Source: Lama glama (lineage: Eukaryota). Taken from it: a stretch of 64,000 nucleotides of DNA. A program made the position numbers and the translations under genes. This document shows, in pieces, positions 12,940 through 27,160 of the stretch (positions within the stretch are counted from its first letter, which is position 1; each line of letters opens with the position of its first letter). The stretch covers positions 70,620,001 to 70,684,000 of the forward strand of contig CM052816.1 in the NCBI GenBank assembly GCA_028534125.1. Direction: 5' to 3'. The notes beneath the pieces are model-generated. The model was not told the origin of the DNA. It saw nothing but the letters and a program-made list of their open reading frames with translations, and ran no database searches.

Positions 12940-13885
12940 ATCAGTACTGCCCTTAATAATATACTACCACTTAAATCAAAATGATTTTGTGTAAGTTTTT
13001 TCCCTTCCTCACTACTTATTATAGCAATTTTCCATTGTAGCATTCATTACCAAACATTCTCTTCATTCAAAAGCTTTTTGGTACCTCTACTGGCAGAAAA
13101 TTTGTCCAATTTATCCAGAGGAAATAAACTAAACAAATACAAGTTATTATTTACCTGGAAAAATTTGGAAAATAAATCAGAAAGGCTTTTTAAAGAACAT
13201 TGGGGTTTGTTTATCAGATAAAGTGAAGTCTCAGTAGCCTGGAATGTTGAACTATTTCAGAAGGCAAGGGTCAGTAGAATGTTTGTTTTCTTTTCGAGGG
13301 AGAGAGATAACTTTTTGATGCTTTCTTCTTTGTTTTAAGATGGCTCTAAACTTTGTTTCTTAGCTATACTGCTGTTGCTAAGACCATGGTCTTTCAGCAC
13401 ATAGAACATTAGTTGAGCAGTAACATCCTTGGACCCAAACCATACCCCTACCTAGTAGCAGCATCTTTTACATTCTTTCCATTAGACCATGAGGGTGTCT
13501 TGGAATGGAAGTAAATACAGATGTTATAGTCAAGATTCCCAAGAACTGGCAGCCAATACTTTCCTTAAATGGAAGCATTCTGTTACTTAGGAAAAAAACT
13601 CTAGTGACTAAGTACTTGTTATACACAAGGTGGAGGTTACTTCTGGACTCGAGGAAAGGGAAGGAAGAGAATAGGATCTAAAAGGAGGTAAACATGTGGC
13701 TCTGACTTTACAGGTTTGAGAGGAAAATGCTTCCTTCTCACTCCTGATGTTTCCTTCCACGTGGAGGGAGTTTCACAACCTGTCACACGTTTTTGTCTAT
13801 TTCCATACCTGCCCCACCTTTCACACTTAACTGGTTGGTGGGTTTGAAAGGAGAAGCTGTCTGGGTGTCTCTTAGAAGTGAGCCT

Positions 13886-13923
13886 AACAAAACAAAACAA
13901 AACAAAACAAAACAAAACAAAAC
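13886..13923 (+). repeat. (AACAA)7 microsatellite
   Basis: Read directly from the sequence. Confidence 0.95.
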
Positions 13924-16900
13924 ACCTCTGTTCTCTTCCTCTAGTGTCAGGCTCTGAGCTTGTGCTGGAGAGAAAGTCAGCTTCATCTAGGGGTCAACAG
14001 TGGGAACTTCACTTAGCAGCTATGCTCCATTCTTTTTTTTTGTCATTTCCTGATTGGATTGGTTCTGACCTCAAGTGATAAAGATTTGCTTATTATTGAG
14101 CTTTCTCAATAATCCCAATGGTGTTTTATTTCTTATAAAAAATAAACAACATTAGGAAAATGTTTAGATTTCACAATGTTGGGGTATTGGGTACATTTGT
14201 ATTTATTATGTTATTCCTTTAATTTTCTTGCAATATTTCATGGTTTTAAAAAGCTTTACAAATTTTCTCTGTATAATTATCATTATACATTTGAAGATGT
14301 TTTGCCAAATATAACTTCTTGAATTCTTTTTAATTGCATTAATTTTTTTTCTTATTTTCGTAATTTTTAACAAGGAAATTAGAACAAACACAAAGCCATG
14401 CTTGGAGCTGCAAGAAGGCACAAAACAAAAGAACTTGAATGGATGGCTTTAGTTATCTTTACCCATTTCCTGCTTTCTACATTCTCAAGACTTACACTCA
14501 GAGTAGGGGGTGAGAAGACAGAGGAGGCATGATAAGAATAAGGGGGAAATATGATAACTTTAGAGGCAGGCAAAGTGAACAACAGTGTGGTGGATCTGGC
14601 CAAAGGTTTGCTATGGGAGCTGCTATTTCATACTCTCACTCTGGTGAACATCACTGAGGCTCAACTTGGAAGGGCAAAAATCCCCCAAAGATTTTGGAAC
14701 TAATAGAATTAACACTATGATTATCCAATTTATACCACTTGGTTAAACAAATATACTGGCCTGAAAAGATACTGACTGCTAGAATTTTCACTGGTTTCTC
14801 TCCATAATTTTCTCAGTAGCTGGTCACAGTCTAGTTTCTTATTTTATATCCTAAGGCTGTGCTATTTATATGGATGGATTATTGCCTTTTCAGAGAACTG
14901 CAGATAATTCTCACCATGGCAATGAGAGTTACATTAAGAAAGAGACACATGTGCTGCTCCAGGAACTCATAATTCCTTACTCTGTCAGGGAGAAGTTTAA
15001 CTAAGAATTATGGTGGTAAGTCAAGTACACTTACTGTCTTTCCACTGGCCATCTTTATATCACAGACACTAGGCACTCAGGGAAGATATAAAAGAAACAG
15101 TCATCACTCCATTTAGAACTGTCCAGCATGCTAGAGGTGAATAGAATATCTACTTCTGAAAATATAAACATACAAAGATGGCAGAAAAAAAATGCCAAGG
15201 AGTTTTACAATTATCAGTAAACTTAAATAGGATACAGCAAGACTAATGGCAGTTGAATATGAAGGTGTATTTGACAGTTTCCTCAAGCATTGTGACTTTA
15301 GAGAGCCTGCTGACCTCATCACTTCTTACCATTCCATGTATTCTTGCCACTTTCTGATCTTAAATTATTATTTGGATCTTTAAAGAGGCAGAAATTAGTG
15401 CAACTGAATTAGTGATAACAAGGACTGCGCCTTGTGATATCAATGCTACATTTTCTCAGAAGAATTTCTTATATTAAAACACACATACACACATGCCTGT
15501 CTAAAAATTCATCAATTTACCTTCCTTTCTGTTGAAAGGAAGAAGTGTATCCTTAAAAACACATATCTGATACTGTGTAATTCTTGGTTGGCTCTCCAGA
15601 GCGCAGGAAATGCTGCCCCACTCCCTACATCACATTTCAAACCCACTAAAATGAGTCCACCTTTCCAATCTCGTGACCACTTCTGGCTAAGAACTTCAAG
15701 TTATGGCCCCCCTTTAATATTTGCAGATCCCTGAAACATCTTGTATTCTAATCTGAATCAGTTTTTAGTCCGATGAACTTCCACCCATCTTTCAAAGTCT
15801 GTCTCAAGGTCCTCCTCTCCATTCTTTCTCTATGTCCCCATAGAACTTGACTTAATAAGAAGAGTCTAATTATCACCTCATGTAAATCTGAAATTCTACG
15901 CTATCTTACCCAACCACTGTTTTTCCTTCCATTTTTTTTTTTTGGTTTTCAATGGTACAATTCAAATAAACTAAGTCAATGGCCAAATCACAGATTAAAG
16001 TTGTGTTTTAATTTATGTATACATTTATCAGAACAACTTCAACTTACTTAAAAAATTACTCCTAAAAATATTTTGGAACAAAATAACCTTGTTCTAAACT
16101 AAAATCTTTTGATTCCATGAAAAAGAAACCTCGATACCTACAACAGTAGCCCCCAAAAGAAGTCTCTGTTGATACTGAATAAGCTTCCAGAAAACTCTTA
16201 ATTCTGGACAAGATCAGCATAGTAATGTCAGAAGGAAAAGCTTAAGAGAAAGGTAAAATGTCTGGGATATGCATTTTACTAGGAAATATTTTTCGAGAAA
16301 ATATATTGCCATATTATAGAGCCAATAATATATTAAATAATATTATGAGGAGGTTTTTTTTTTAAAGACCTGTAGAGTTATACAAAGAGTACATCTTAGA
16401 AAAATGTATGGAGAATTAAGTGGGAGTAGATTGCATGCACTTTTTATGAGGCAATAGTCAGGATACTGAGGGTTCTATAGAGTAGCTTATCCTAATGAAA
16501 GGCCATTTTACTGTCTTTTCAAAGATGGGCTTTTTTGTCTAGTGATATCATACAAATACTCCAATTTTAAAACTTTTGATGGCTTACCGAAAGTAAACAA
16601 AAATTTTTAAGAAAAAACAACCAAGAAAACTAAACTTTTTTGAGCAATGGCATCAGAAAAAAAAGTGTGAGTATGTGTGTGTATATATGTATATGTGTAA
16701 ATATATAAATTGATATTTCTGTTAGAATGAAAAGTCTTCTCAATACTTGGCATATTTGTCAGGATTTAAATCTGCTTCCAGGTTTCTAGTGAAAATGTTC
16801 ATTCTCTATTCTAATATAGTGTAGGTAATATGTGGTTCTGTATTGTAATTCCTACAAGAGAAATCCATTTGACCAATCCTAGGTCAAACTATTGAGTTTA

Positions 16901-16946
16901 GGAGAACCTGCATGGAATTAGTCATGCCTTCCTAATTTTTGACTGC

Positions 16947-17661
16947 TATAGCGATAAACCAGTCTCATGTAATTGAAAGATATGAGGTGCTTAGCTATCG
17001 TTTAATTTGGCTTTTCTACTTCATCAGAGGCCAGCAATGACCTACTTTTGGCACCTGTCTTACTCCAACCAAGTGTTCCAGAAGGTGCTGCCATGTTTTT
17101 AAGTGATCCTCCCTCCCAGGCCACGATTGACAGGTCCAAGAACGAGCATAGCTCTAAAATGAGCCATCTAGCATCCCACCCTCCCGGCCACAGCTGATCA
17201 ACTCCAGGGAAGGCAGTCAGTGTACTCAAGTCTCTGATCTTAGGCTGGCACCTTACGTAGGCTCCAGTTCCGGTGGAATAGGTCATGGAACAGGAGGCTC
17301 GGGAATAGACACGAGCTTGATTTCTGCCAGGAAGCTGGCTCATGGTGGGAGAGAGTGAAATCACGATGAGAGAGAGAGAGTTCTAAAGTATGGAAGGAAA
17401 CTGAGAGACTGTCTAGTCTGTTAAGTGGTCCCCTGTCAGCTTTATTGTTCCCCTGTGGCTGGGGGATGGATGGAGAAAAAGGAGCCAGAGCAGCTAAATA
17501 GGGCTACAAAGACTTGATTCACTGTTTCCTTCTTACTTCCCCAGCTCCCTCCCAAAGCTATTAAAAAGTTAAAAAAGACTGAGAGTGAGAGAGAAAAGGG
17601 TCCTGGGGCTGCTCCATCCGTAAATTCCAAGTATGTAAATAAATCTATATATGTGACTACA
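16947..17661 (+). mobile_element. Possible ancient solo LTR (family uncertain)
   Basis: About 715-bp GC-richer block starting TATAGCG (TGTAG-like) and ending GTGACTACA, with AATAAA about 20 nt before the end. No target-site duplication seen. Confidence 0.3.
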
Positions 17662-19814
17662 TTATGAATATATGGTATTCATTCAGCAAACTTTAATAAA
17701 GGTCCACCATGTGCAACATTATGTGGAAGAGGTAGGAGTGAGTAAAGGGTGAAATAAACATTAGCTCTACCCTCAAAGAGCTTTAGTCACTGTGAGACGT
17801 AAGGCAAAATCAAATAACTCATCTATGAGTTTAAAAAAAGAAAGAAAAAAATCTCAAGAGCCATAAGTGATTATTGCAATTGTGATTACTGTATTTTTAG
17901 TGCCAATTTTACAAATCCTAGCAATCTTGTTTTTTTTTTCTTTCCTAGCAAATCATTAAAAAGGTCTGTGTAAGGGAGAGTTGGGAATAGATACATATTG
18001 GGACTTAACTGGGGTAATCCTCTAGGTATTATGAAAAAGTATGACACCTCTTTCAGGCAGGTGATTAAATATGTTAAAACTTCCCTGAGAGGACTCTATA
18101 TTTCAAGCTGGAAACTGCTTTCAGAATGTTACGTCTGTGTTAGAAGCATTGCCAGAGATGAAAATAAAGCAGGATGAAAACATGACACAGAGCTCACACT
18201 GACTTTCATTGCTGGGTCAGATTTAAAGTTGAGACCTTCCATTATGTAACCTAAGAATAATTCATTTAAATACAAGTGAAAGGTCAGGGTGGTGGTGATG
18301 TCACCACAGAATAATTGCAGCTTTGTGTTGGGCTGGTCTTATTAGGAGGGCAAAGCTGAATGAGGCACCAGCTTGTCCATCCACAAGCTGACACCCTGCC
18401 TGGCGTCCAGAGTGAAAAATGACAGGGGTGAGGGATTCTGCTGTATGTCAGTTACTTCACAGCCAAACCCTGAAGCCTGTTTTCTTCCACGTCTTGAGTG
18501 AAACTACAATTCTGTATTATGATGAACGATTACTAATATAATTTGTGTCGACACTTTTTACAAAGTGCCCGCCTTTTAATATCCTAAAAGGATAAAGAGA
18601 GCTTTGTGAAAATTTTTAAAAACTGGATTTCTTTAAGTTTTAACCATGTACCAACAAGTAATGATTTTCTGGATGAACTCCAATCAACTTAAAAATGACT
18701 GTTAGTTTATTAAAAAAAAATACCAGTCAAGTAAAGTAAGGACAAATTTTGTTTTTGTTTTTGTTTTTGTTTTAAAATACACTATCTGGTGAAATAATTA
18801 GGGCTTATTCAAAACCTTTATACACTCATACATATGAAAGCTTCTGAAATTTCTCTTTGAAGACATATTTAATAGTGGGAACAATATGAGAATGAGATGA
18901 ATTAAAGGCTTGTCATTTATTTCTTAACACATAGCACTACCCAAGAAGTAAAAAAAAAAAAAAAAAAAAGACTTAAAAATGCACTGGGGTCCAGAAAATG
19001 GGCTTCCAAGCTCTTAGTCTTCTGAATAAGGCCATTGTCTGAATTCTTAAATTTGTGTGTTCTCATACTAAAACAGTTTTTCACAGAACTACTGTGCTCT
19101 ATGAGCTTTTTTTTTTATTTAGGAACTCAAATAGCTTTCAATACATTGGATCAAATGTCATTCTTGAGAAGAAAAGATTATTTCATTTACATATTTCTTA
19201 AACTGTACATGAAGTGAGACCCAGACAAAGTTGGTCATGGTGAACCACATGTCGTAATAATATACGAAGGTTAAGTGGCAGGTATAATATTCCTTTTATG
19301 ACCTGGCCAAAGTTGAGGATCACAGTGGTCAAAAGGTCCATAGCTCAACATTATTGATGATTTAGGGACAAAAGAAAAAAAAGTGCATCATGGGTAACAG
19401 TGTGAACACAAAAATATTCTTTCTGGACATTTTAATAGAGTACTGGATTTGACAATACAAAACCCTCCAAACTCTTTGATATCTTAAAAGATACTTTCTC
19501 TATGTGTGAGTATGTTGCTGTTCTCATGAGCTTCCTCTCAAAAAACAAAAACTAATAAAAACAAACCACATCAACATCCTTGGAAAACCTTATTTCAAAA
19601 TGTTACTTTCAGAATCATATTTAGTAAAAACATTTTTCAAAACCTGATTAAGAATTTTTCCTTTATAGGATGGCAAGTTCATATGAATTTCCCTTTCACT
19701 ACACCTACAGATCTGTTGACTCAGAAGCTCAGATCACCACATTTTTCTAAAATTGTTTTCTATATCTTTTCTTAAAATCTTGCTTTAAAAAAATGAAGCA
19801 TGACATATATTCAG

Positions 19815-20275
19815 TGTAGTGGGTTGAATTGTGTCTCCTCCAAAATATGTCCAAGCCCCAACCCCTTGTATCTGTGAATGTGACTTTATTTGGAAATAGG
19901 TCCTTTGTAGATGTAACTCAGGACCTCCAGATGAGGTCATCCTGGATTTAAAGTGGGCCCCAAATTTAATGACTGATATCCTTTTAAGAGAAAGGAGAGG
20001 GACATTTGAGGCATTTAGAACCAGAAATAAAGAGAAGACCATGTGAAGACATAGGTAGAGACTGAGGAGATATGTCTATAAGCCACGGACTGCCAAGGAA
20101 TTCCAGGAGCCACCAGAAACTAGAAAAGGCAAGGGAAGATTCTCCCCTAGAGTCTTTAGAGGGAGGATCGCTCTGCCACTGTCTTGATTTCAGACTTCTA
20201 TCCTCCAGAACTGTGAGAGAACACATTTCTGTTGTTTGTGGGAATTTGTTAGGGTAGTCCTAGGAAACGAATACG
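19815..20275 (+). mobile_element. MLT1 (MLT1C-like) ERVL-MaLR solo LTR
   Basis: tgtagtgggttgaattgtgtc...ctgtgaatgtgactttatttggaaatagg...ctaggaaacgaatacg. 461 bp with a perfect 5-bp TSD TTCAG (19810-19814, 20276-20280). Confidence 0.9.
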
Positions 20276-20420
20276 TTCAGAAAATGGCACATATCCTCAT
20301 TTTTGATGCATGTGCATAAGGACACAAATGATCCCAAAGTGAATACACCCGTGTAACTACCACCCAAGTCTAGAAAAAGAACATTTCCAACACAACTAAA
20401 GTCTCCTTGGGTCTATTTCC

Positions 20421-21329
20421 TTTTAAAATAAGAAACCACTCAACAACAAAGAGGCAAACAACCCAGTTAGAAAATGAGCAAAGGATTTTCAAAGACATTT
20501 CTCCAAATAAGCTACAGAAGTTGCCAATAAGCACATAAAAAGATGCTCAATGTCATTAATTATTAGGGAAAAATAAATCCAAACCACAATGAGATAGTAC
20601 TTCTCACCCAATAGGATGGTCATTAAAAAAAATTAAAAAACAGAAAATAAATTTTGATGAGCATTTGGAGTAACTGGAAGCCTCATATGTTGCTGAAGGG
20701 AACATAAAATGGTGCAGCCAATATGGAAAACAGTTTGATGATTCCTAAAAAGTTAAATGCAGAGCTACCATTTGACTCAATAATTCCAAACCCAGTTATA
20801 ATACCTGAAGAATTGAAAACATATGTTCACACAAAAACTTGTACAAATTGTTCAGAGCAACACTATTCATGGTAGCCAAAAGGTGGAAACAACCCAAATA
20901 CACACCAACTAATGAAGTGATAAACCAAATAAGATATATCCATACACTGGAATATTATTCAGTTATAAAAGGAATGAAGTACTGATACAGGCTACAACGT
21001 GACTAAATCTTGGAAACATGCTCAGTGAAAGAAGCCAGACACAAAAGACCACACATTGTATGATTCCATTTATATAAAATTTAAAGAACTATCGTATTCA
21101 TAGAAACAGAAAGCAGATTGGTTTCCAGGGCCTGAGGGGAGGGAGGTATGGGAGTGATTGCTTCATGGATATGAAGTTTCTCTCTGGGGTGGTGAGACAG
21201 TTCTGGGACTGGGTAGTGGTGATGGTTGCACAACATTTTATATGTACTGTACAGTGTTGTTTGAATTATAACTTTAAAATGGTTAAATGGCAAATTTTAT
21301 TTTATGCCTATTTTACCACAGTAAAAAAA
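20421..21329 (+). mobile_element. Old L1 (L1MB-like) ORF2 end and 3' UTR
   Basis: aagacatttctccaaa...aaagatgctcaatgtcattaattattagggaaa...aaaaggtggaaacaacccaaa...ctttaaaatggttaa...ttttaccaca plus A tail. Confidence 0.9.
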
Positions 21330-24300
21330 TACAAGGTAGCTCAATTAGCTGCCATAATCATACAATATGTCTTTTTAAAATTAAATTTATCTTGAGGTAC
21401 TTGTAGATACACATTCAGTTGTAAAAAATAATACTTAGAGTTCCCGTGTACCCAATTTGCTTTTTTAAAGAAACTTAGGTCTTTGTTTTTCCTGTTTAAA
21501 CAATAAAATAAACATAAAATAAACCCCCTTCTCTTCGGTGGCTAATATAGGATTGTGTAATTGGGCATTCTGCAAGCTGGGCTTCCTGCCACTAGCATTG
21601 GGTAAAAGTACAATATGTTTTACTTGGTTACTTATCAGCCCATTAAGGGAGAACAACTTCTCAGCTGTTTTATCTTTACTGGGAGACAAAAGGAAACACA
21701 AATAAGGATGGACGTTAAAATTTGGATGACCCATGTACATATTCAAATGTATTTCCATATTTAATTGCTTTGATAAATAATTTATAATTCTGTGTATATA
21801 TTTCATCTCTTTTTTTTAACCATAGAACAAAGCATGGTCAAGGCTGAAAGAAATTAAGTCACAGATCATTAAGTATGAGAACATAAAACAAACAGCACTC
21901 TGACGGTGCATTTACTTCAAGCTGTAGCTCTTCAAACATCTGACATACCTGGGAGTGTATAACATGCTAACTGGATTTTGTATACTTGTGAAATAAATGG
22001 ACAAGTGCTGATGATATCTTTAACTTACCTGTAAGACTACCACAGGCACACAAAAACCTATTTTCTAACTATGTGGGAGAAATTAGAAAGAAATGGTAAA
22101 AGAACTATTTGACCCTTTCCCCTTATTTTCTCTGGTTTCCAATTATTTCTCTTCCTTTGCCTGTATTTCACCATTCTCTGCCCTGCTTTCTCAGTCTCCA
22201 TTGAGATATTTAAATGCCCAACCACAGGCTAAACATTGACCAAGTAAACAAACATTTAACGGTTGCGGGTTCTGCCTAAGTAGGATCATGGAATCAAAAC
22301 TACAGAGATCTCAGGACTTAGGTGACATCCATTTTCCTAAAGCAAAAAAAAAAAAAAAAAAAAAGACTTGTGTGTCAGAGAGAAAAAGATGTCACTTAAT
22401 TACCACTCACTGTAAATATATACATTTAAATGTTCATTTATGATTTAAATATCTGTAATCAAGTAATGAAAATGGTAGTGATGTGAATATTGTAAAGACT
22501 CTCCTTAATTTTGAAAATGATTATCTTTTCCAACATTTTACTCATTAAAATAATTTGAACTGCTCTCAAACACATTTATCTTCTTTATTAATGTCTCTGT
22601 ATCTTAAACAGCTCTTTACTTTCTCTATAATAGGTTTTTTAAATGTTTTTTTGAAAATTCATGATCATTTAAAATGCTTAAAAATTCCACACACATCAGG
22701 TGCCGCCATTTTGATTGTTCAATCTGTAACCAGCTCTGAACCAGCTTGTCTAAGATTCAGAATGAGCTCAGAAAAGTCTGGTCACCATCAAGAGACCTTA
22801 CTCACCATAAAGCTCTTTGGACCTGGCTCCTTGGATCCCTCCTCTAGGCACATATTGCGCAAACCCAAGTGTGCCCTTGAGGAACATCAGAGGCTACAAC
22901 CAGAAAAGGCCTATTTAGACCATCTAACTGGAGACTATTCTTAAATGATGAGGACACTGAAGCCCAGACAGTTGAAATACATTGCCTAAGATACCCTGGC
23001 TGGCTTACTGATGGAACCTAGAGGAGAAAACAATTTCCCTGTTCTTATTTGAGTTCTCTGTCTACTGTCTGACACTAGGAAGCACATGAACCAGTGATGA
23101 ACCATCTTCACTGTGCATCCGTGGATGAAATTACTGCTCATGCAAAGCAGAACGATTACAGGCAACAGGCCTTCTGCAGTTTTGCAGCTGTGTTTCCACC
23201 GGGCAAAGCGAAGTCATGCGTAGAGACTGGAATAGGGAACGGTGAGGGAGGAGAGTCAAGTGACAGACTTCCAGTTGGCAACAGGCTGATGCCCCTTGGT
23301 GAGGAGCCACCCAAGTGTCCCACGGCCTTGCACAGAGCAGCCAGGGTACTCAGTTGCCAGCTCTTCTAGGAAACTAGCAATGCTGTTGGTTCTCTGGGAT
23401 TGAGTAAGTTCTCCGGGTTGCATCTAGCCCAAGCTGAAGAGTCCCTGCACTACTGGGAGGAAGGCGGCTGGAGGAGGGGTGGGTTTCCTCTTATTTTATC
23501 TCTATCTTCAGTATCTTGCATTAAATAGATGCTCGAAATATGGTTATTTGAGTAGAATAACTAATTATAGCCAAATCTTTTCACCAATCTACCTTAGACA
23601 AAACATTTATCTCCTCTGAGCCTCAATTTCCAAGACTCCAAGTAGAACTAATAGAGGTCCTGCCGTATTGTTCTGAGATTGAAGTGAGATTCTGCACGTG
23701 AGCACTGTTTGGGAATTCTAAGCACTGTAAAATATAAAGGATAAAAGGTCGGAAAACTGCCTCCACATGGCAACTTCTCAAACAGGCACAGTGCCAGTTC
23801 TCTTACTAACATTCTTTATCCCACAAAATACATGCAGTTGAAGTTGTAAGAAAACAGGCATGTCTACTATAATGTGACATAGGCATTCCTAAAAGCAACC
23901 TCATGTTTTCTCGTATAAAAACAATAGAACTTAACAGTAAAAATAAATTTGGGGCAGCCTACTCAATACCTACACAACTTTTTGGCCAAAGCACAAACAA
24001 CATCAGTAACAACCCAAACAAAAATGCAAGCACAATTTTAAAGCCACATTAAATTCCTAACAAATAAATGCTATACTAAACTTGGGACCCCAACGGACGA
24101 GAGTAAGAAAATGTTGGGAATGCAGAGTAGTGGGGACAAGGCAGAAATGAACTGAGTGTGGGGCCAACCATGTACTAAGTTATTCCAAGAAATCATACAT
24201 GTGGCAAAACTAAGCCAAGAGGAAGAATGTGAGAATGGGCACTGTGCTCACACTGTATCAGTCCATGTTTGCTGTGTCCAGCTCTTAGCGTAACTGGCAT

Positions 24301-25126
24301 TCAGGTTCTGGTCCTTGGTGGCATTAAGGTGCTGGGGAGAGCTGCTTTAGTGTGACATGTTATAGTGACATCATTGTGCCATTTACTAATTATGTATGAG
24401 TTCATTTGCTGACAGCAACATGCACCCAGACATAATATTCATCTTCTATGGGTTTCAGAAGGACTATTTTCATTCACAATGCAGGAAAAACCAGCCTAAA
24501 AACATAATTTTTTTTTAATAATGTAGATTCTTAGACTCCATAACAGACTTCCCAGTTTAGTTTATTGAATATGCTTTGAGAAATACTGATCCAAACTAAA
24601 ATCCCTAAGTAGTCTAGAAATGCAAACTAAAGGCAGTCACTCTTAATCTTCAGGCTGTTGATGGGACCAAAGTTTATTGAATACAACTCTCCACATTCAC
24701 TGGTGTATACAAAATTGCCTTTATCTATTAATCAAGGAACACTTATTTATTGAGTATGTGCTGATATGTAGCAACTATAACTGGAGAAATAAGAAAAACA
24801 CACATACACTTAGAAGTTTGAAGGTAGGTTATCACTACAAAGGAATTTATGACAAGTATCTATTTAATGACATAGATGTTAAGGATTACATAATTAGACA
24901 AGAGTTTTATCTGTCCACTCAGTCAAGAGGTAAATAACTTTAAACACAACAGATAACATTAAAATAGAAAAACAAGCAGAGAATGCAGCAAACATCCTAC
25001 CAGCTTATGATTTTGTCAAAACCAAAACAAACTAAATTAAAACTGCAATAACATAAATTTCTTATTAGTCCTTATCTGACTGATTTTTGGACTCAGCACA
25101 AGAACCAAGTGCTTTAAATGTTGTTC

Positions 25127-25470
25127 TGTGGTAGGCTTCACCAATGATCACCAAACGTCTATGTGCTCCTTCAAATTTCCCAGCCTCCCTTGCAGGGAGG
25201 CGGGAGTCATGTGGGCTGGTTCTGGTCAATGAATGATGAGAAGTGATAATGGGTCACCTCCAGCCAAGGCAGTTAAGAGCAGGAGCACCGTTTCCTACAG
25301 ACACCTTTCTCTTCCCTTCTGCTGCGATCTTAGAGGGATGTTTTCCCGATGGCATAGTACAAGATGGAGTAGGGTCACTCCATCCATATTTGACTGAGAA
25401 ATGTGAGAGAAATAACGTCAGTGTTAAGACACTGACATCTTGGGGTCTCTGGATAGTTAAGCTTATTTAC
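25127..25470 (+). mobile_element. Degenerate MLT1 (I/J-like) LTR
   Basis: tttcccagcctcccttgcag...catgtg...gttctggtcaatgaatg...gaagtgat and tgtgagagaaataac...tgttaagacactgac blocks. Confidence 0.6.
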
Positions 25471-26327
25471 CTTGTTATTACTTTTGCATAAAACTTCTGA
25501 TTTCTAGATACTCTCAAAATACAACAGAATTAGAATTTACACAATTAGAATTAGAAACTCTAAATGGTGAGAGATTGGATGCCTTCTTCTAATGTGCATG
25601 TTTGTGCTGGATGACTTGCTAGGACCCTGAGGACTAGGTCTCACAACACTGTGTGACTGGCTTCTCACAGTATTATGGCCCAAAGGGGATGTACTGGCCT
25701 TCTCATTCTCAAAGCTCTCTGACGGCCTAGGCATTTCATTACTATCAGTCTCTTCCTGGAGAAGGGAATCACACAAAGACATTCTTAAAAGGCATTGTTA
25801 AAGGTGAATGTGGGAAATAGCTATAAAAAACTGAGGGCTAAACCTAAGTGGTTTAATCCCTGCAGGAAATTCCTTAAAACACAATGACTTAGATGCTGTC
25901 GGGTAAGATATCCTTGAACTTCCCAGGAAATTCACAAAATATTCTTGTGAAGCAGAAGGAAATCCTGTCCTGAACATTTATGTAACAGGTTTGAGTTCAA
26001 TTTTGAAATCTGTCTACCAGAGAAAAACGTTAAAGCCAGTTGTGTAAGTACACATGGCTCCATGTTAGAACTTCAAAAGTACTAGTTCAAAAGGGGATTC
26101 CAGTGTGATTTATATACCAGGATCTCAACTGAATATACTTAGAGAACCATGCTATTTTTTTAAACTCAGCAAGCCATGATACTAAAGAAATAAACATATA
26201 TAATAAGGTTGTTTTTATATAACTGCTGAGTTAACTTATGAATATATAAGTATACACATTTTTCTCCTTGGATAACTTATCTTAATTATGCCTGATTTGT
26301 AAAAGGACCCTATATTATGCTCTAGAC

Positions 26328-26554
26328 CAAAGGTCAGAAAACTGTTCGATGGGTCAAATGCTACCCGCCACCAGTTTTTGTAAATGAAGTTTTATTGGAA
26401 CACAGCCATGTCCTTCAGTTTACTGTTGTCTATGTCTGCTTTTTTTTTACTGCAGTGGCAGAGTTAAGTAATCACTAAGGAGACTGTGAGTCTTGCAAAG
26501 ACTAAAAAATGTACAATCTCTGACCCCTTACAGAAAAAAGGTTGCTGACCTCTG
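26328..26554. mobile_element. MER58A hAT-Charlie MITE
   Basis: tttttgtaaatgaagttttattggaacacagccatg...cccttacagaaaaaaggttgctgacctctg, with imperfect terminal inverted repeats. Confidence 0.85.
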
Positions 26555-26959
26555 TTATAAATAAAGCTGAAACAACCTTTTAAAATATGTATAATTTGCA
26601 TAGGCAAAGATACATATTTTCAAATATTTAAATATTCAAAAATCTGTACCATCCTCTTCTCCTATACTTAAACAAATCGAATGCAAGAAATAGGGTACGT
26701 TTCTGGCAGCTAATGAAATGCATGTTAGTCTGACTTTGCATTGTTTTTAGTCTTCGATGCATTAAAGCACAATTGTATATTTCTACATTTCTATTATTAC
26801 CCTAGAATGATGTCTGTCTTCTCAAACTATTTTAATTTGAGAAGATCATAATCTCTATTTGGGCAGGACATAAAAGCTTTAAAAGTAACATTCACTTTGT
26901 ACTTAATTAAAGAAGCTCTAACGAAGCTTGTGACCAGATCCTCTTACAGCCACAGATTT

Positions 26960-27160
26960 AACATTTACTGAGCACCTACTATGTGAGCTCAGTGCTTACG
27001 TAAAGGTTCCAAAATTAAGTCTTCCCCACATTTCCAGGTGGCATTACCCTCGCTTTACAGATGAGGCTCACAATGTCTTAGTCATGCCCAAGGTCACAGA
27101 TACGGAATCCAGGTTTGGAACTAGTTCTGAAACCCAGCCCGGGGCACTTTCTATTCTACC
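26960..27160 (-). mobile_element. MIR SINE
   Basis: acatttactgagcacctactatgtg...ctttacagatgagg...tgcccaaggtcacag. Confidence 0.65.

Noticed and set aside
4458..19669. Perfect CArG boxes at 4458-4467, 13563-13572 and 19660-19669
   Set aside because: Several such 10-mers are expected by chance in 64 kb of AT-rich DNA, and there is no clustering to support them.
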